Part shown: in pieces, positions 1 through 9,960 of the stretch
Numbering within the stretch: the stretch's first letter is position 1
How the letters are laid out: each line of letters starts with the position of its first letter
DNA from: Marinoscillum sp.
Lineage (GTDB): Bacteria; Bacteroidota; Bacteroidia; Cytophagales; Cyclobacteriaceae
Direction of reading: 5' to 3'
NCBI RefSeq assembly: GCF_040222955.1
Contig: NZ_JAVKCA010000010.1
Coordinates: forward strand, 62,239 to 126,238
DNA length: 64,000 nucleotides
Made by a program: the position numbers and the translations under genes
The notes under the pieces: model-generated
The model's input: only the letters and a program-made list of their open reading frames with translations
Database searches by the model: none
Told to the model about the DNA's origin: nothing

Positions 1-513
1 GGTGAGCACCATTTTAGCCTGGCAGTCATTGATGCGATCTGCCACAGCGGTGGAAGAAAATCCGGCAAAGACCACAGAGTGTACCGCACCGATACGTGCA
101 CAGGCCAGCATAGCCACAGCGGCCTCAGGCACCATGGGCATATAGATAATCACACGGTCACCCTTCTTCACACCCTGGGTCTTGAGTGCATTGGCAAACT
201 GGCAAACCTGATGATAAAGTTCTCTGTATGTAAGGGTAACGACCTCATCCCCCGGCTCATTGGGCTCCCAGATAATAGCTGGCCTGTCTCCCATGATGAA
301 CAGGTGCCGATCGAGGATATTTTCAGTGATGTTCATCTTCCCATCTACAAACCAGTTGACATCCGGCCCATCAAAATCCCACTTCAATACCTTTGACCAT
401 GGCTTCTTCCAATGAAAAGACTCTGCGACTCTCCCCCAAAACTCTTCTGGCTGGAGGACGCTTTTCTGATATTCATGGATATAACCGCTGAGGGTTTGAA
501 TCTTGTGACTCAT
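1..513 (-). CDS. acs: Acetyl-CoA synthetase, N-terminal part (gene continues beyond the window start)
   Basis: Reverse-strand translation from the ATG at 513..511 reads MSHKIQTLSGYIHEYQKSVLQPEEFWGRVAESFHWKKPWSKVLKWDFDGPDVNWFVDGKMNITENILDRHL...MPMVPEAAVAMLACARIGAVHSVVFAGFS. This is the N-terminus of AMP-forming acetyl-CoA synthetase, with the ACS-specific N-terminal extension and the start of the AMP-binding region. The listed + ORF 79..396 is its antisense shadow. Confidence 0.85.
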   Translation of the reverse strand, partial: MSHKIQTLSGYIHEYQKSVLQPEEFWGRVAESFHWKKPWSKVLKWDFDGPDVNWFVDGKMNITENILDRHLFIMGDRPAIIWEPNEPGDEVVTLTYRELYHQVCQFANALKTQGVKKGDRVIIYMPMVPEAAVAMLACARIGAVHSVVFAGFSSTAVADRINDCQAKMVLT

Positions 514-823
514 GTGTTTTGAATTTTTATATTTTTGATAATTTACACTAGATAGGCCTTCAAATATCATGGATATCACTTACAATTCCTATGTGATATT
601 CCCAATTTGACAATGATCCATCAGGGCAATCTCAAAGCGAAAGCCAAATATTTTACCGACATTTTCTCCACGTCCAAAAGAATATTCCATTTGTCGCTAT
701 TCCTCTCCAGTACCAGACTCCTTCTGCATGGCTGTATTTGAAAAGGCCAGAAACAATCGGTTAATATGGTCATGCGTATTACCCATCCAATGACTATATT
801 TATGAACCCGACCAAACCACAAT

Positions 824-1219
824 ATGAAGATTAACAAGCTACTCATCGCTACTCTCGCATTATTTGCATTAAATATTCCGGCCTATAGCATGGACCAAAT
901 GGAATCAGGAAGCTTCAATATGACCCTCGGACTTCTGGAATTGCCCTTTCTGATGATGGCGGTCGTTTTCAGTTTCTTAAACGCCAGGAATCTCAAGGGA
1001 GGAAAATTTGGTACCGGAATGATCTACCTGGCCTGGGGGTTTCTTGTGATGGCCGTGGGGCATCTCCACATGCAGGTGGACTATCACTTCGGCTTCAACC
1101 TGTTTAATAGCGTCCTGGGCGAAAATGGAGGTCTTGTGGCCTGGTTTATCGCGCTTATGCTCACATGGGGGCTTTCTGGTTGGGGGTTTTATCAGATATG
1201 GAAGGTAAGTAAGTCCTGA
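824..1219 (+). CDS. Small integral membrane protein (signal peptide/TM1 plus 3 predicted TM helices), function unknown
   Basis: 131 aa. The N-terminus MKINKLLIATLALFALNIPAYS is hydrophobic. It is followed by three hydrophobic stretches (LLELPFLMMAVVFSFL, MIYLAWGFLVMAVGHL, LVAWFIALMLTWGLSGWGFY). Its stop codon (1217-1219) overlaps the ATG of the downstream kinase (ATGA overlap), implying co-translation. Confidence 0.55.
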   Translation: MKINKLLIATLALFALNIPAYSMDQMESGSFNMTLGLLELPFLMMAVVFSFLNARNLKGGKFGTGMIYLAWGFLVMAVGHLHMQVDYHFGFNLFNSVLGENGGLVAWFIALMLTWGLSGWGFYQIWKVSKS

Positions 1220-3552
1220 TGTTGAAGTCACTTTACAAAAGATTGAGTTCCCGACCCCATGGGAACCTCTTGCGTGAAGAGCATAACCGTTTTATTGAAT
1301 ACATTAAGTCCTATGAGGCGCAAGAGGTTTGGAACGAAAACCTGGACAACAGAATAAAAAGTCTGGCCAAAGAAAGCGTCGACAATCAGCTGAACAGGTC
1401 TGCCGGGCTCTATCTCCTCTTCGAACATTCCTTCATTTACAAGCAAAAAAATCCGTCCAAATATCAGGCTCAGCTAAGAAGGGAAATGCGGAGCCGGTTT
1501 CCCAATTTGGTGGATACTTTGTTTTTCAGGATCATCTTCAGCACTGTCAACAATCAGGAACGTGATCTGGCCTATCTCATAGTGGATCTGGTGTGGTCCA
1601 AATACACCGACATAGTGGGGAACTCCAAAAACGAGCTCCTCAAAAACTATAAGTACCAGGTGGACAAGGCAGCCGAGCAGTTAAAATTTAATCAACTCAA
1701 CAGGAGCGAATTCAGGAGTACCGTGAAATATGAGGTATCCAGGCTTTATGAATACCTCTGCCTCTCTATGGGGCAAGCCAAAATATCGGAGTGGCTCCAG
1801 GAGGCTTATCAGTTGCTGGCAGACAATTATCAGTTTCTCGATGGCTTCTCCCTGCTGATCGGCATACTTCCCGAACCCCTGCTGAATGAACAGCAACTAA
1901 GCCAGCTGAGTCGGGAACAAATTCACGGGGTGCTACTGGAAAAAACTGAAAAGCTGGAAGAAACGAACCAGAAATTGCAGGTACAGATCGCCGAGCGTGA
2001 GAAGATTCAACGCGAGCTGGCTCAGAGTGCTGAAAGGCTCTACACGGTAGTGGAAAATGCCATGGACGCGGTAGTGCTGCTGGATGCTTCCGGGAGGATT
2101 ACTTTTTGGAACAACCAGGCTGAGACCATTTTTGGATGGTCTGGTGAGGAAATCATTGGTAAGAAATTCTCTGAATACATCGTGCCCCCGGACCGAAAGG
2201 AGATTCTCGACAGAGGACTGGATTTCTTCCTGAAGGGCCACAAAATGCCCACCATCAACCGAAGATTTGAGCTGGTGGGGCTTTCAAAAAAGGGAAAGCT
2301 CATTGACCTGGAGTTGTCCATTGGTGCCAATCAGATTGGTGATGAAGTCATTTTCACCTCATTTATCAGAGACATCTCCGACAGAAAGCGCTACGAAAAG
2401 CAACTCATGGATGCACGGGACAAAGCCCAAAAGGCCTCTCAAACCAAAGCAGAGTTTCTCTCTACGATGAGTCATGAGATACGCACCCCCATGAACGGGC
2501 TGTACGGTACCATTGAGTACCTCCTGTCAGAAAATCCAAGGGACGATCAGCGCGAATCGCTGAAAATGATGAAGCACTCTGCAAAGGGTTTGCTCGTGAT
2601 ACTGAACGACATCCTCGACCTTTCCAAACTGGAAGAAGGTCATGTGGAATTTGATCAACGCGACTTCTCCATTCAGGAGCTGTGCAACAGGACGATCTCC
2701 ACGTTTATGCAAATGGCTGACGAAAAAGGGATCAAACTGCACCTCAACCTCCATCAGCCCATATCCGGACTCATAGGAGACCCCGTACGCATTGGGCAAA
2801 TCCTGAATAACCTCATCAGCAACGCCATCAAATTTACTGATGAGGGCTCTGTGGAGCTGCGGGTGGAGTGCCTGGGAACTTCCGATGAATCCGTCAACCT
2901 CCAGTTCAAGGTCATCGATACGGGTGCAGGTATAGCGCAGGCGGATCAGGAGCGGATTTTTCATCGGTTTACGCAGATTGACAACCACGGAAAAGCACAT
3001 CTGCGAACAGGCACAGGACTTGGGTTGTCCATTTGTCAAAAACTCCTGCAGCTTCAGGGAAGCGATCTCCGTGTGGAGAGTACACCCGGTAAGGGATCCA
3101 GTTTCTTTTTTCAGCTTTCATTTCCCAAATCAATCCAAAACAATGCGCAACTGACCAAACCGGAAGATCAAAAAAGGGACCTCTCGGGCATCAGGGTGCT
3201 CCTGGCAGAAGACAACCAAATCAACCAGATAGTGGCCAAAAGATTCCTGGTGAAGTGGAACTGCGAAGTGGACATTGCCGACAATGGCTTAATTGCCCTG
3301 GACCTGCTGGCGATCAACCAGTATGACGTGATTCTCATGGATCTGCAAATGCCCGAGATGGATGGATTTGAGGCCTCCAGAGCCATCAGAAATCAGGAGA
3401 ATGACCATATGAAAAACATCCCCATCATTGCCCTGACGGCAGATGTATTTCCTGAAGTAAAGGAAAAAGCATTGCAATCGGGCATGAATGATTTTATGTC
3501 CAAGCCTTTCGATTCCGAAAAACTCTACTTTACAATCGCCTCGAACCTCTAA
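1219..3552 (+). CDS. Hybrid sensor histidine kinase/response regulator (unknown N-domain, coiled coil, PAS, HisKA, HATPase_c, REC); no transmembrane segment
   Basis: H-box SHEIRTPMNG. The ATPase region has N, G1 and G2 boxes (LISNAIKFT, VIDTGAGI, GTGLGLSI). The C-terminal receiver has the phospho-acceptor context VILMDLQMPEMDG. A PAS-like segment (AMDAVVLLDASGRITFWNNQAE...) precedes the kinase core. The N-terminal ~230 aa has no recognisable motif and no hydrophobic helices. Confidence 0.9.
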   Translation: MLKSLYKRLSSRPHGNLLREEHNRFIEYIKSYEAQEVWNENLDNRIKSLAKESVDNQLNRSAGLYLLFEHSFIYKQKNPSKYQAQLRREMRSRFPNLVDTLFFRIIFSTVNNQERDLAYLIVDLVWSKYTDIVGNSKNELLKNYKYQVDKAAEQLKFNQLNRSEFRSTVKYEVSRLYEYLCLSMGQAKISEWLQEAYQLLADNYQFLDGFSLLIGILPEPLLNEQQLSQLSREQIHGVLLEKTEKLEETNQKLQVQIAEREKIQRELAQSAERLYTVVENAMDAVVLLDASGRITFWNNQAETIFGWSGEEIIGKKFSEYIVPPDRKEILDRGLDFFLKGHKMPTINRRFELVGLSKKGKLIDLELSIGANQIGDEVIFTSFIRDISDRKRYEKQLMDARDKAQKASQTKAEFLSTMSHEIRTPMNGLYGTIEYLLSENPRDDQRESLKMMKHSAKGLLVILNDILDLSKLEEGHVEFDQRDFSIQELCNRTISTFMQMADEKGIKLHLNLHQPISGLIGDPVRIGQILNNLISNAIKFTDEGSVELRVECLGTSDESVNLQFKVIDTGAGIAQADQERIFHRFTQIDNHGKAHLRTGTGLGLSICQKLLQLQGSDLRVESTPGKGSSFFFQLSFPKSIQNNAQLTKPEDQKRDLSGIRVLLAEDNQINQIVAKRFLVKWNCEVDIADNGLIALDLLAINQYDVILMDLQMPEMDGFEASRAIRNQENDHMKNIPIIALTADVFPEVKEKALQSGMNDFMSKPFDSEKLYFTIASNL

Positions 3553-3558
3553 ACAGCA

Positions 3559-5244
3559 CTAATGATGAGTGGCTCCTCCGGCCCCTCTCGGGTACCTGAT
3601 CTGCTCCACCATCTCCTGCACGTCTGTGGGTGGAGCCGGATAAAACCTGGAAATACTGAATGAAACGGCAAAATTGACCAGCATGGCAATGGTACCAAAC
3701 CCTTCCGGAGAAATCCCCAACCACCAGTCTGCCTGGGTACCCCCTCCAAATCCATCAAACTTAAACTTGATCATATAGAACAGCATCAGCAAAATACCCA
3801 CCACCATTCCGGCGATGGCCCCCTCTTTGTTCATGCGCTTATCGAAAATGCCCAAAATGATGGCCGGAAAAAAAGAAGCTGCAGCCAGGCCAAAAGCCAG
3901 TGCCACGACAGCTGCCACAAATCCGGGTGGGTTAATGCCAAAATAACCAGCCACCAGTACTGCACCCAGCGCGCCTACCCGTGCCCAAATCAATTCCTCC
4001 TTATCAGAAAGGTTAGGCTTGAGCTGTTTCTTGATCAGGTCATGTGAGATACTGGCAGAGATCACCAGCAGCAAACCTGCGGCAGTAGACAAAGCTGCTG
4101 CCAGACCTCCGGCTGCCACCAGCGCAATTACCCAATTGGGCAAATTGGCGATTTCCGGATTGGCCAGTACCATGATGTCCCGGTCTATGGTGAGTTCATT
4201 CTTTTCCCCAGCCACGTACTGGATCTTCCCATCCCCATTTTTATCATCAAAAGCAATGAGCCCCGTTGACTCCCAGTTGGAAAACCACTGGGGCACCTCC
4301 TCATATGCCTGGTTGGAAACTGTCTCGATCAGATTGGTCCGGGCGAAGGCCGCTATCGCCGGAGCAGTGGTGTAGAGAATGGCTATGAAAATCAAGGCCC
4401 ACCCGGCTGACAAGCGAGCATCCTTCACCTTCGGAACGGTGAAGAACCGTACAATCACATGGGGCAGACCTGCCGTACCCACCATCAGTGCAAAAGTGAT
4501 GGCAAAAACGTCAATCATGGACTTGGTGCCGCCGGTGTACTCCGCAAAACCCAACTCCCTGTGAAGATTGTCGAGTTTGTCCAGCAAGTAAGTACCATCA
4601 GCCACCTGGCTCCCAAAACCCAGCTGAGGGATATAATTTCCTGTTAGCTGAAAACTGATGAAAATAGCGGGTACCATAAATGCAAAAATCAGGACACAGA
4701 ACTGAGCCACCTGGGTATAAGTCACCCCTTTCATTCCGCCAAGGACTGCGTAAAAGAAGACAATACCCATACCTATGTACACACCCACATTTACCGGTAC
4801 CTCCAGAAAACGTGAAAACACGACACCTACACCGCGCATCTGACCTGCCACATAAGTGAAAGACACGATGATGGCACAGATCACCGCCACCGTACGAGCT
4901 ACATTAGAATAGTACCGATCTCCAATAAAATCAGGTACTGTAAACTTTCCGAATTTCCTGAGATACGGAGCCAGTAGCAGTGCCAATAACACGTACCCGC
5001 CGGTCCAGCCCATGAGGTATACAGAGCCATCATAGCCCATAAAGGAAATGAGCCCGGCCATACTGATGAAAGAAGCCGCAGACATCCAGTCTGCTGCAGT
5101 AGCCATGCCATTGGCTAAAGGTGATACGCCACCTCCGGCTATATAAAAATCGTTGGTAGAGGCCGCGCGGGCCCAAATGGCAATCCCAATATAAAGTGCG
5201 AAAGTAAGTCCTACAATGAGGAAAGTCCAGCCTTGTACATCCAT
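3559..5244 (-). CDS. actP: Sodium:solute symporter family, cation/acetate symporter ActP-like
   Basis: 561 aa polytopic membrane protein. Its N-terminus MDVQGWTFLIVGLTFALYIGIAIW...YIAGGGVSPLANGMATAADWMSAASFISMAG is typical of SSS-family ActP/YjcG proteins. It directly follows a DUF4212-type small subunit gene. Confidence 0.85.
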   Translation of the reverse strand: MDVQGWTFLIVGLTFALYIGIAIWARAASTNDFYIAGGGVSPLANGMATAADWMSAASFISMAGLISFMGYDGSVYLMGWTGGYVLLALLLAPYLRKFGKFTVPDFIGDRYYSNVARTVAVICAIIVSFTYVAGQMRGVGVVFSRFLEVPVNVGVYIGMGIVFFYAVLGGMKGVTYTQVAQFCVLIFAFMVPAIFISFQLTGNYIPQLGFGSQVADGTYLLDKLDNLHRELGFAEYTGGTKSMIDVFAITFALMVGTAGLPHVIVRFFTVPKVKDARLSAGWALIFIAILYTTAPAIAAFARTNLIETVSNQAYEEVPQWFSNWESTGLIAFDDKNGDGKIQYVAGEKNELTIDRDIMVLANPEIANLPNWVIALVAAGGLAAALSTAAGLLLVISASISHDLIKKQLKPNLSDKEELIWARVGALGAVLVAGYFGINPPGFVAAVVALAFGLAAASFFPAIILGIFDKRMNKEGAIAGMVVGILLMLFYMIKFKFDGFGGGTQADWWLGISPEGFGTIAMLVNFAVSFSISRFYPAPPTDVQEMVEQIRYPRGAGGATHH

Positions 5245-5252
5245 TTCCAGCT

Positions 5253-5510
5253 CTATTTTTCGTCTACATCAAACTCCTTGTCCAGCTTGTTCATCAGGCG
5301 GACATACACAAAAATGAGGATCACAAAAGCATAGATAGATCCCTGCTGGGCAAACCAAAAGCCCAGTTTGAAGCCTGCAAATTGAATTTCATTGAGTAGG
5401 TCCACCAGCAAAATGCCGGCACCAAACGAGACGACAAACCAAATGGTCAGGAGGATTAGTAAATACCTGACGTTTCTGCGCCAGTACTGCTTCATTCTAT
5501 TTTCACTCAT
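5253..5510 (-). CDS. DUF4212-type small membrane protein (putative solute-symporter accessory subunit, YjcH-like)
   Basis: 85 aa with two TM helices. It ends 9 bp upstream of actP on the same strand. This matches the conserved yjcH-actP style pairing. Confidence 0.7.
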   Translation of the reverse strand: MSENRMKQYWRRNVRYLLILLTIWFVVSFGAGILLVDLLNEIQFAGFKLGFWFAQQGSIYAFVILIFVYVRLMNKLDKEFDVDEK

Positions 5511-5591
5511 GGTTGGGATAGTTACTTAACCTTGAAAGATATAAGATTTTACATTCCCGAAAAGAATGAATCCTAACTCAAAATGAATTTT

Positions 5592-6314
5592 TCATAGAAA
5601 ATATTCTGTAGCGATGGCCGTGAAAGCCCCAAACAGACTAATTAAGAACTTTTTAAGTCCAAAGTGATGATTGGGGCTGCTCTCCACAAAAATGGTGGTG
5701 GAAATGTGCAGGAAGCTCCCTGATACAAAAGCAAAAAGCAGAAGGAGTACCTCAGCTGACAAGTTGAGGATCTGGTCACTCATGAGAAAACCAACTGGTG
5801 AGGAGATACTGAAAATGATCAGTATGGCCCAGAGTCGTCCATCAAAACCACTTTGAGTTCTGAGGGTAGTGACCAGCGCAAATGCAGCGGGCATCTTGTG
5901 GAGCACTATCCCCACAAGCAGTGAATACGATTCATGTTGCTCATGAAATGGGGAATCATGAGTCAGCAGCGCACCTTCCAGTAGCGAATGGATCACAAGA
6001 GCGATCAACAATCCTAGTTTGGAGATTCCCGTGCGGTCGTCATGGGTATGTGCATGCCCATGCTCAATACCGGAAGTAAAGTATTCCAGTAACTGCTGAA
6101 AGAAAAAACCTACCAGCACGTACAGGCCTATTTTCATCGGGTCTCCTGACAATGAAAAAACTTCGGGCAGTATATGAATGATGGTAATGGAGAAAAGAAA
6201 GGACCCGGCGAAGATCAAAGGATAGCGAATGCTTTGGGTATGGTGGCCGAAAAATTTAGAAGAAACACCTCCCAGTACGGCTGATAAGAAAAGAATAAGA
6301 ATCATTAAAACCAT
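5592..6314 (-). CDS. ZIP family metal (Zn/Fe) transporter
   Basis: 240 aa with about 8 TM helices. It has a His-rich cytoplasmic loop (HGHAHTHDD) and the HSLLEGALL and HKMPAAFAL motifs typical of ZIP/ZupT permeases. Confidence 0.8.
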   Translation of the reverse strand: MVLMILILFLSAVLGGVSSKFFGHHTQSIRYPLIFAGSFLFSITIIHILPEVFSLSGDPMKIGLYVLVGFFFQQLLEYFTSGIEHGHAHTHDDRTGISKLGLLIALVIHSLLEGALLTHDSPFHEQHESYSLLVGIVLHKMPAAFALVTTLRTQSGFDGRLWAILIIFSISSPVGFLMSDQILNLSAEVLLLLFAFVSGSFLHISTTIFVESSPNHHFGLKKFLISLFGAFTAIATEYFL

Positions 6315-6444
6315 GGATTGGCGATATTATAGTGCTGATGCCGAAGCCTTAGTAGCTTCTTCGCTGCGACTTCACAAAAGGGATAATGCAAATCCTTTGA
6401 GGAAAATTCACCCAACACTGAACTTTTGTTAAATTTTAAAAATG

Positions 6445-7473
6445 TTATTGAATGTTGTTTCGTTCGATCCGGGTTTGCAACCCCGGGGATACATAACTTT
6501 TCAATATACCCTGATCATCCTGATAAATCAAAAATGCCTCCAGGTCAGCGGACGCCAAAACCTCTTTTGAGGCTTCCACTCCCAGCACCATAAAGGCCGT
6601 AGCATAAGCATCTGCTGTCATGCAATCAGCTGCAAACACAGACGCACTCAGTAAATTATGACTGGTATTGTATCCCGTGCGCGGATCAATGGTATGGGCA
6701 ATGGTACGGTCACCCACCTGATAGTAATTTCGGTAGTTACCGGAAGTAGCCATTGAAAGGTCATCTAGCTGTACGATGGCAAGTAATCGTTGCTCATTAC
6801 TGGCCACTAAAGGATCTTCTATCCCGATTTTCCAAATCTCATTGTCCTGATTCTGTCCACTCGCCCGCACCTCACCACCTATCTCCACCATATAGTGCTC
6901 AAAGCCCTTGCCCTCGAGAAACTCAGCCACCAGGTCCACGGCATAGCCCTTGGCAATGGCACTAAAGTCCAGATACATGCCGGAATCCATGCTCACCTCA
7001 GTCCCCATAGAAATGATGCGCTGAAAACCCACCAGCGATCTCAAAGAATCAATCACCATGCTATCGGGCACACTCACTGACTTATCCGGGCCGAAGCCCC
7101 AGGCATTCACCAGAGGTCCCACAGTAGGATCAAAGGCTCCACCTGTCTGCTCAAAGACCCGCCTACTGGATTCGAGAACTTCCGAAAACATTTTCGTAGG
7201 GTACCTTATACTGCCCGTACTGTTAAGCAGAGAGATCTCCGAATCCGGAATATATGTCGACAATGACTGATTGAAAACCTGAAGAACTGAATCAATCTCC
7301 CTTTTGTAGTTGGGCACGTCCTCACCCATATACTTCACATTGTAGACGATGGTGCCCATGGTCTGACCGGTGACATGCGTCAGCTGAAATGTCGGTTGAC
7401 CTAAAAACACCCGGTACATGGCTCCCAACACCACAACCGCCAGGATGAGTCTAAAAAATAATTTACTTGTCAT
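6445..7473 (-). CDS. apbE: FAD:protein FMN transferase (ApbE family)
   Basis: 342 aa with an N-terminal signal/TM. Conserved ApbE blocks are present: GTIVY..., GGAFDPTVGPLVNAWGFG, AKGYAVDLV, MATSGNYRNY, AHTIDPRTG. Confidence 0.85.
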   Translation of the reverse strand: MTSKLFFRLILAVVVLGAMYRVFLGQPTFQLTHVTGQTMGTIVYNVKYMGEDVPNYKREIDSVLQVFNQSLSTYIPDSEISLLNSTGSIRYPTKMFSEVLESSRRVFEQTGGAFDPTVGPLVNAWGFGPDKSVSVPDSMVIDSLRSLVGFQRIISMGTEVSMDSGMYLDFSAIAKGYAVDLVAEFLEGKGFEHYMVEIGGEVRASGQNQDNEIWKIGIEDPLVASNEQRLLAIVQLDDLSMATSGNYRNYYQVGDRTIAHTIDPRTGYNTSHNLLSASVFAADCMTADAYATAFMVLGVEASKEVLASADLEAFLIYQDDQGILKSYVSPGLQTRIERNNIQ

Positions 7474-7612
7474 ACTTTAGAAAAATCGAAGACAAAACTA
7501 ACACAAAAGTGCACAAGACCATTCCTTCCTTCGAGCATAGAAAACCAACACTCACTATCACTTATCTATGAATCTTTATTAACTTTCCAGTACTACTAGC
7601 CTTCAACCAGCT

Positions 7613-8191
7613 ATGAAAAAAATTAGACTCACCCTGTTTCTAACAGGGATACTTACGTCCTATGCTCATGCCCAGAGTGATAGCACTTCCCTGTCCTATT
7701 ACTTTGATGATGGTGGCATATCCACTGGCACCATGTATAAGACCGATCTAATCTCTATCATCCATGGGGATTGGCCAATCATTGCAGAGATTCGCTTAAA
7801 AAACAATCTCACCCTGGAAATGGGCGCCGGTCTTTTGATGCCCTACTATGTGCATGATTTTTTGGCACTTGCCTTCACTGATAACAAGGGTATTCAGAAC
7901 GACAGGCTCGGGTATAGTACCCGCCTACATGTCAAGTGGTATACCAAAGCCCCCGAAAGAAATTATTGGGGGGTGCAGTACTATCGGCGTTCTTTCCATC
8001 ACGTCAAGGTAAACGAATGGTTCTTCACAAAAGGAGACCAGCGGATCATTGGCAAACGCCTGATTCTGGACATGGCCCTTGGACTAGGGGTGAGGTTCCA
8101 GCAAACGAATGGGCCAGACTACATGTTCGATCCTGACTTTGGCTTTTTCCCCATCATGCCACTAATGATCCGGTTCGGTGTGATCCCATAG
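7613..8191 (+). CDS. Hypothetical secreted/outer-membrane protein
   Basis: 192 aa with a clear signal peptide (MKKIRLTLFLTGILTSYAHAQ). It has alternating hydrophobic and aromatic residues and an aromatic-rich C-terminus, which suggests a small beta-barrel. I recognise no family. Confidence 0.55.
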   Translation: MKKIRLTLFLTGILTSYAHAQSDSTSLSYYFDDGGISTGTMYKTDLISIIHGDWPIIAEIRLKNNLTLEMGAGLLMPYYVHDFLALAFTDNKGIQNDRLGYSTRLHVKWYTKAPERNYWGVQYYRRSFHHVKVNEWFFTKGDQRIIGKRLILDMALGLGVRFQQTNGPDYMFDPDFGFFPIMPLMIRFGVIP

Positions 8192-8238
8192 CTTATAAGC
8201 ATCTCAGCAATAATTTTAACAACCTAAAAATAACCAGC

Positions 8239-9864
8239 ATGAAAATCAATTTGAACTATCCACTAAGCCTTTGTCTGCTTTTGTCAGTCACTTTTAGCTA
8301 TGCCCAACAAGCCAAAACCCTCATGGGTGCAACTCACCGAATGTCTGTGAAGGAGGGTGGCTGGTCCGATGTAGATGGAATTGGCCAGGACGAAACAGGA
8401 CTCTATTATTTGCTATACCCCTTCTCCAAAGTTTATAGCGGTACTTACATAGGCAATAAGGATACTTATGTGGGTAAAGTCAACAACCAAATGGAGTTGG
8501 AGCGCTTCGAGCTACTTCCGCTTGATTATGAGGATAAGCAATTGGAATTGGAATTCGGCTTCCAACTGGGAGGCAATATCTACCTCTTTTCATCTTTTCA
8601 AAACAACCTGCTCAAAAAGACCTTCCTTTTTGCCCAAACATTGGATAAAAATAGTCTTGCTCCCAATCCAGACCTGGTGCCTGTTGCCGAAATAGATTAC
8701 TCCAGTGAGGGTCGGTATAAAAATGCCTCTTTCAGCTACAAGCTATCGGATGACAATTCTCAAGTACTGCTTGTACATAACCTCCTCGATAAGGATGGTT
8801 CGCTTCTTAGTTTTGGCTACTCTGTCATAGATAGCCAGCTGAAGACCATTGACAAGGTGGAGGGCATAGCACTAAAAGATGACGGCATCTACAGCTTCCA
8901 GGACTTCTACCTCTCCCCCTCTGCTGAGGTGTATATGCTGACCAAGTTTTTCGATGAAAAAAAAGAATACAAAAACAGTGTCCAACTCAAAAAGCAGGGA
9001 GTACTTTCATCAACACGTTCTTTTGAACTGGAGGCCATATACGACTTTAAGGTTTTAAAATTTTCTAAAGGATCTCCCACTCCCAAGGCCCTCACCTTGT
9101 CTTTGGGTGACCTTTTTATTACCAGCCTTGACCTAAAGCCCAAAAAAGATGGCGGATTAATGATCATAGGGTTCTATTCTGATGATGAAGATGCCCTGGC
9201 AGATGGCGTGTTTACCCAAACCGTAGACAAGACCTTGACTAAAATACTCAGTGCCGACAAGAAAAGCCTGGAGGGAAAATTTGAACAGCCAAGCAAATAT
9301 ATCAACGACACCTATGTCACCGGATTGCTGGGAAAAAGGGACGATCTTGATCAGTATAGATTTGTGATGAAAGATATACTCCAAAAAAAGTCCGGGGGTT
9401 ATGTACTCACTGCAGAGAGAAACACCACCCTCGAAAAAACCCAAAATGACGGCCGCAGCATTACCGTATACAACATTTACCACTCCGACGACATAGTGGC
9501 TATTGATGTGTCAGCTGCAGGCAAAATCAACTGGGTGAATAAAATTGAAAAAGCTCAGGAAACTTCTGGTTTGCTTACACTATACTCCTCTTACGAGGTG
9601 GCAGAATATGAGGACAGTTTGATCTTCTTTTTCACAGATTTTTCTTCCCAAAACACAAAAACACTGGGAAAAATTGTTGACACTGAATCTGTGATGGTGA
9701 CGGTAAATGCCTCAGGGGAACAAACCAGGCAAACACTTTTCACTGCCTCTGAGGATAAAATCACGGTGAGAGCCAAAAATACCTATCAGCCCCAAAAAGG
9801 ACGCTGTATACTTTACGGGCACAATGGTCAACTCATCGTAGGGTTTACTGAGGTGAAATTCTAA
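8239..9864 (+). CDS. Hypothetical secreted protein (541 aa)
   Basis: Signal peptide MKINLNYPLSLCLLLSVTFSYAQQ. It is a long ORF with even codon usage, 47 bp downstream of the previous secreted ORF on the same strand. I recognise no motifs. Confidence 0.6.
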   Translation: MKINLNYPLSLCLLLSVTFSYAQQAKTLMGATHRMSVKEGGWSDVDGIGQDETGLYYLLYPFSKVYSGTYIGNKDTYVGKVNNQMELERFELLPLDYEDKQLELEFGFQLGGNIYLFSSFQNNLLKKTFLFAQTLDKNSLAPNPDLVPVAEIDYSSEGRYKNASFSYKLSDDNSQVLLVHNLLDKDGSLLSFGYSVIDSQLKTIDKVEGIALKDDGIYSFQDFYLSPSAEVYMLTKFFDEKKEYKNSVQLKKQGVLSSTRSFELEAIYDFKVLKFSKGSPTPKALTLSLGDLFITSLDLKPKKDGGLMIIGFYSDDEDALADGVFTQTVDKTLTKILSADKKSLEGKFEQPSKYINDTYVTGLLGKRDDLDQYRFVMKDILQKKSGGYVLTAERNTTLEKTQNDGRSITVYNIYHSDDIVAIDVSAAGKINWVNKIEKAQETSGLLTLYSSYEVAEYEDSLIFFFTDFSSQNTKTLGKIVDTESVMVTVNASGEQTRQTLFTASEDKITVRAKNTYQPQKGRCILYGHNGQLIVGFTEVKF

Positions 9865-9960
9865 AAGATACCTTCAACTCTCCACAAAATGGAGGAAATA
9901 TGTGCTGGCAGCCTTGAAAAGCCCATCAAAAAACTGATCTTTGTTGAATAGCTATCAACC

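Noticed and set aside
79-396. 105-aa + strand ORF at the window start
   Set aside because: It lies antisense inside the clearly homologous acs N-terminus and has a His/Cys/Thr-rich shadow-frame composition.
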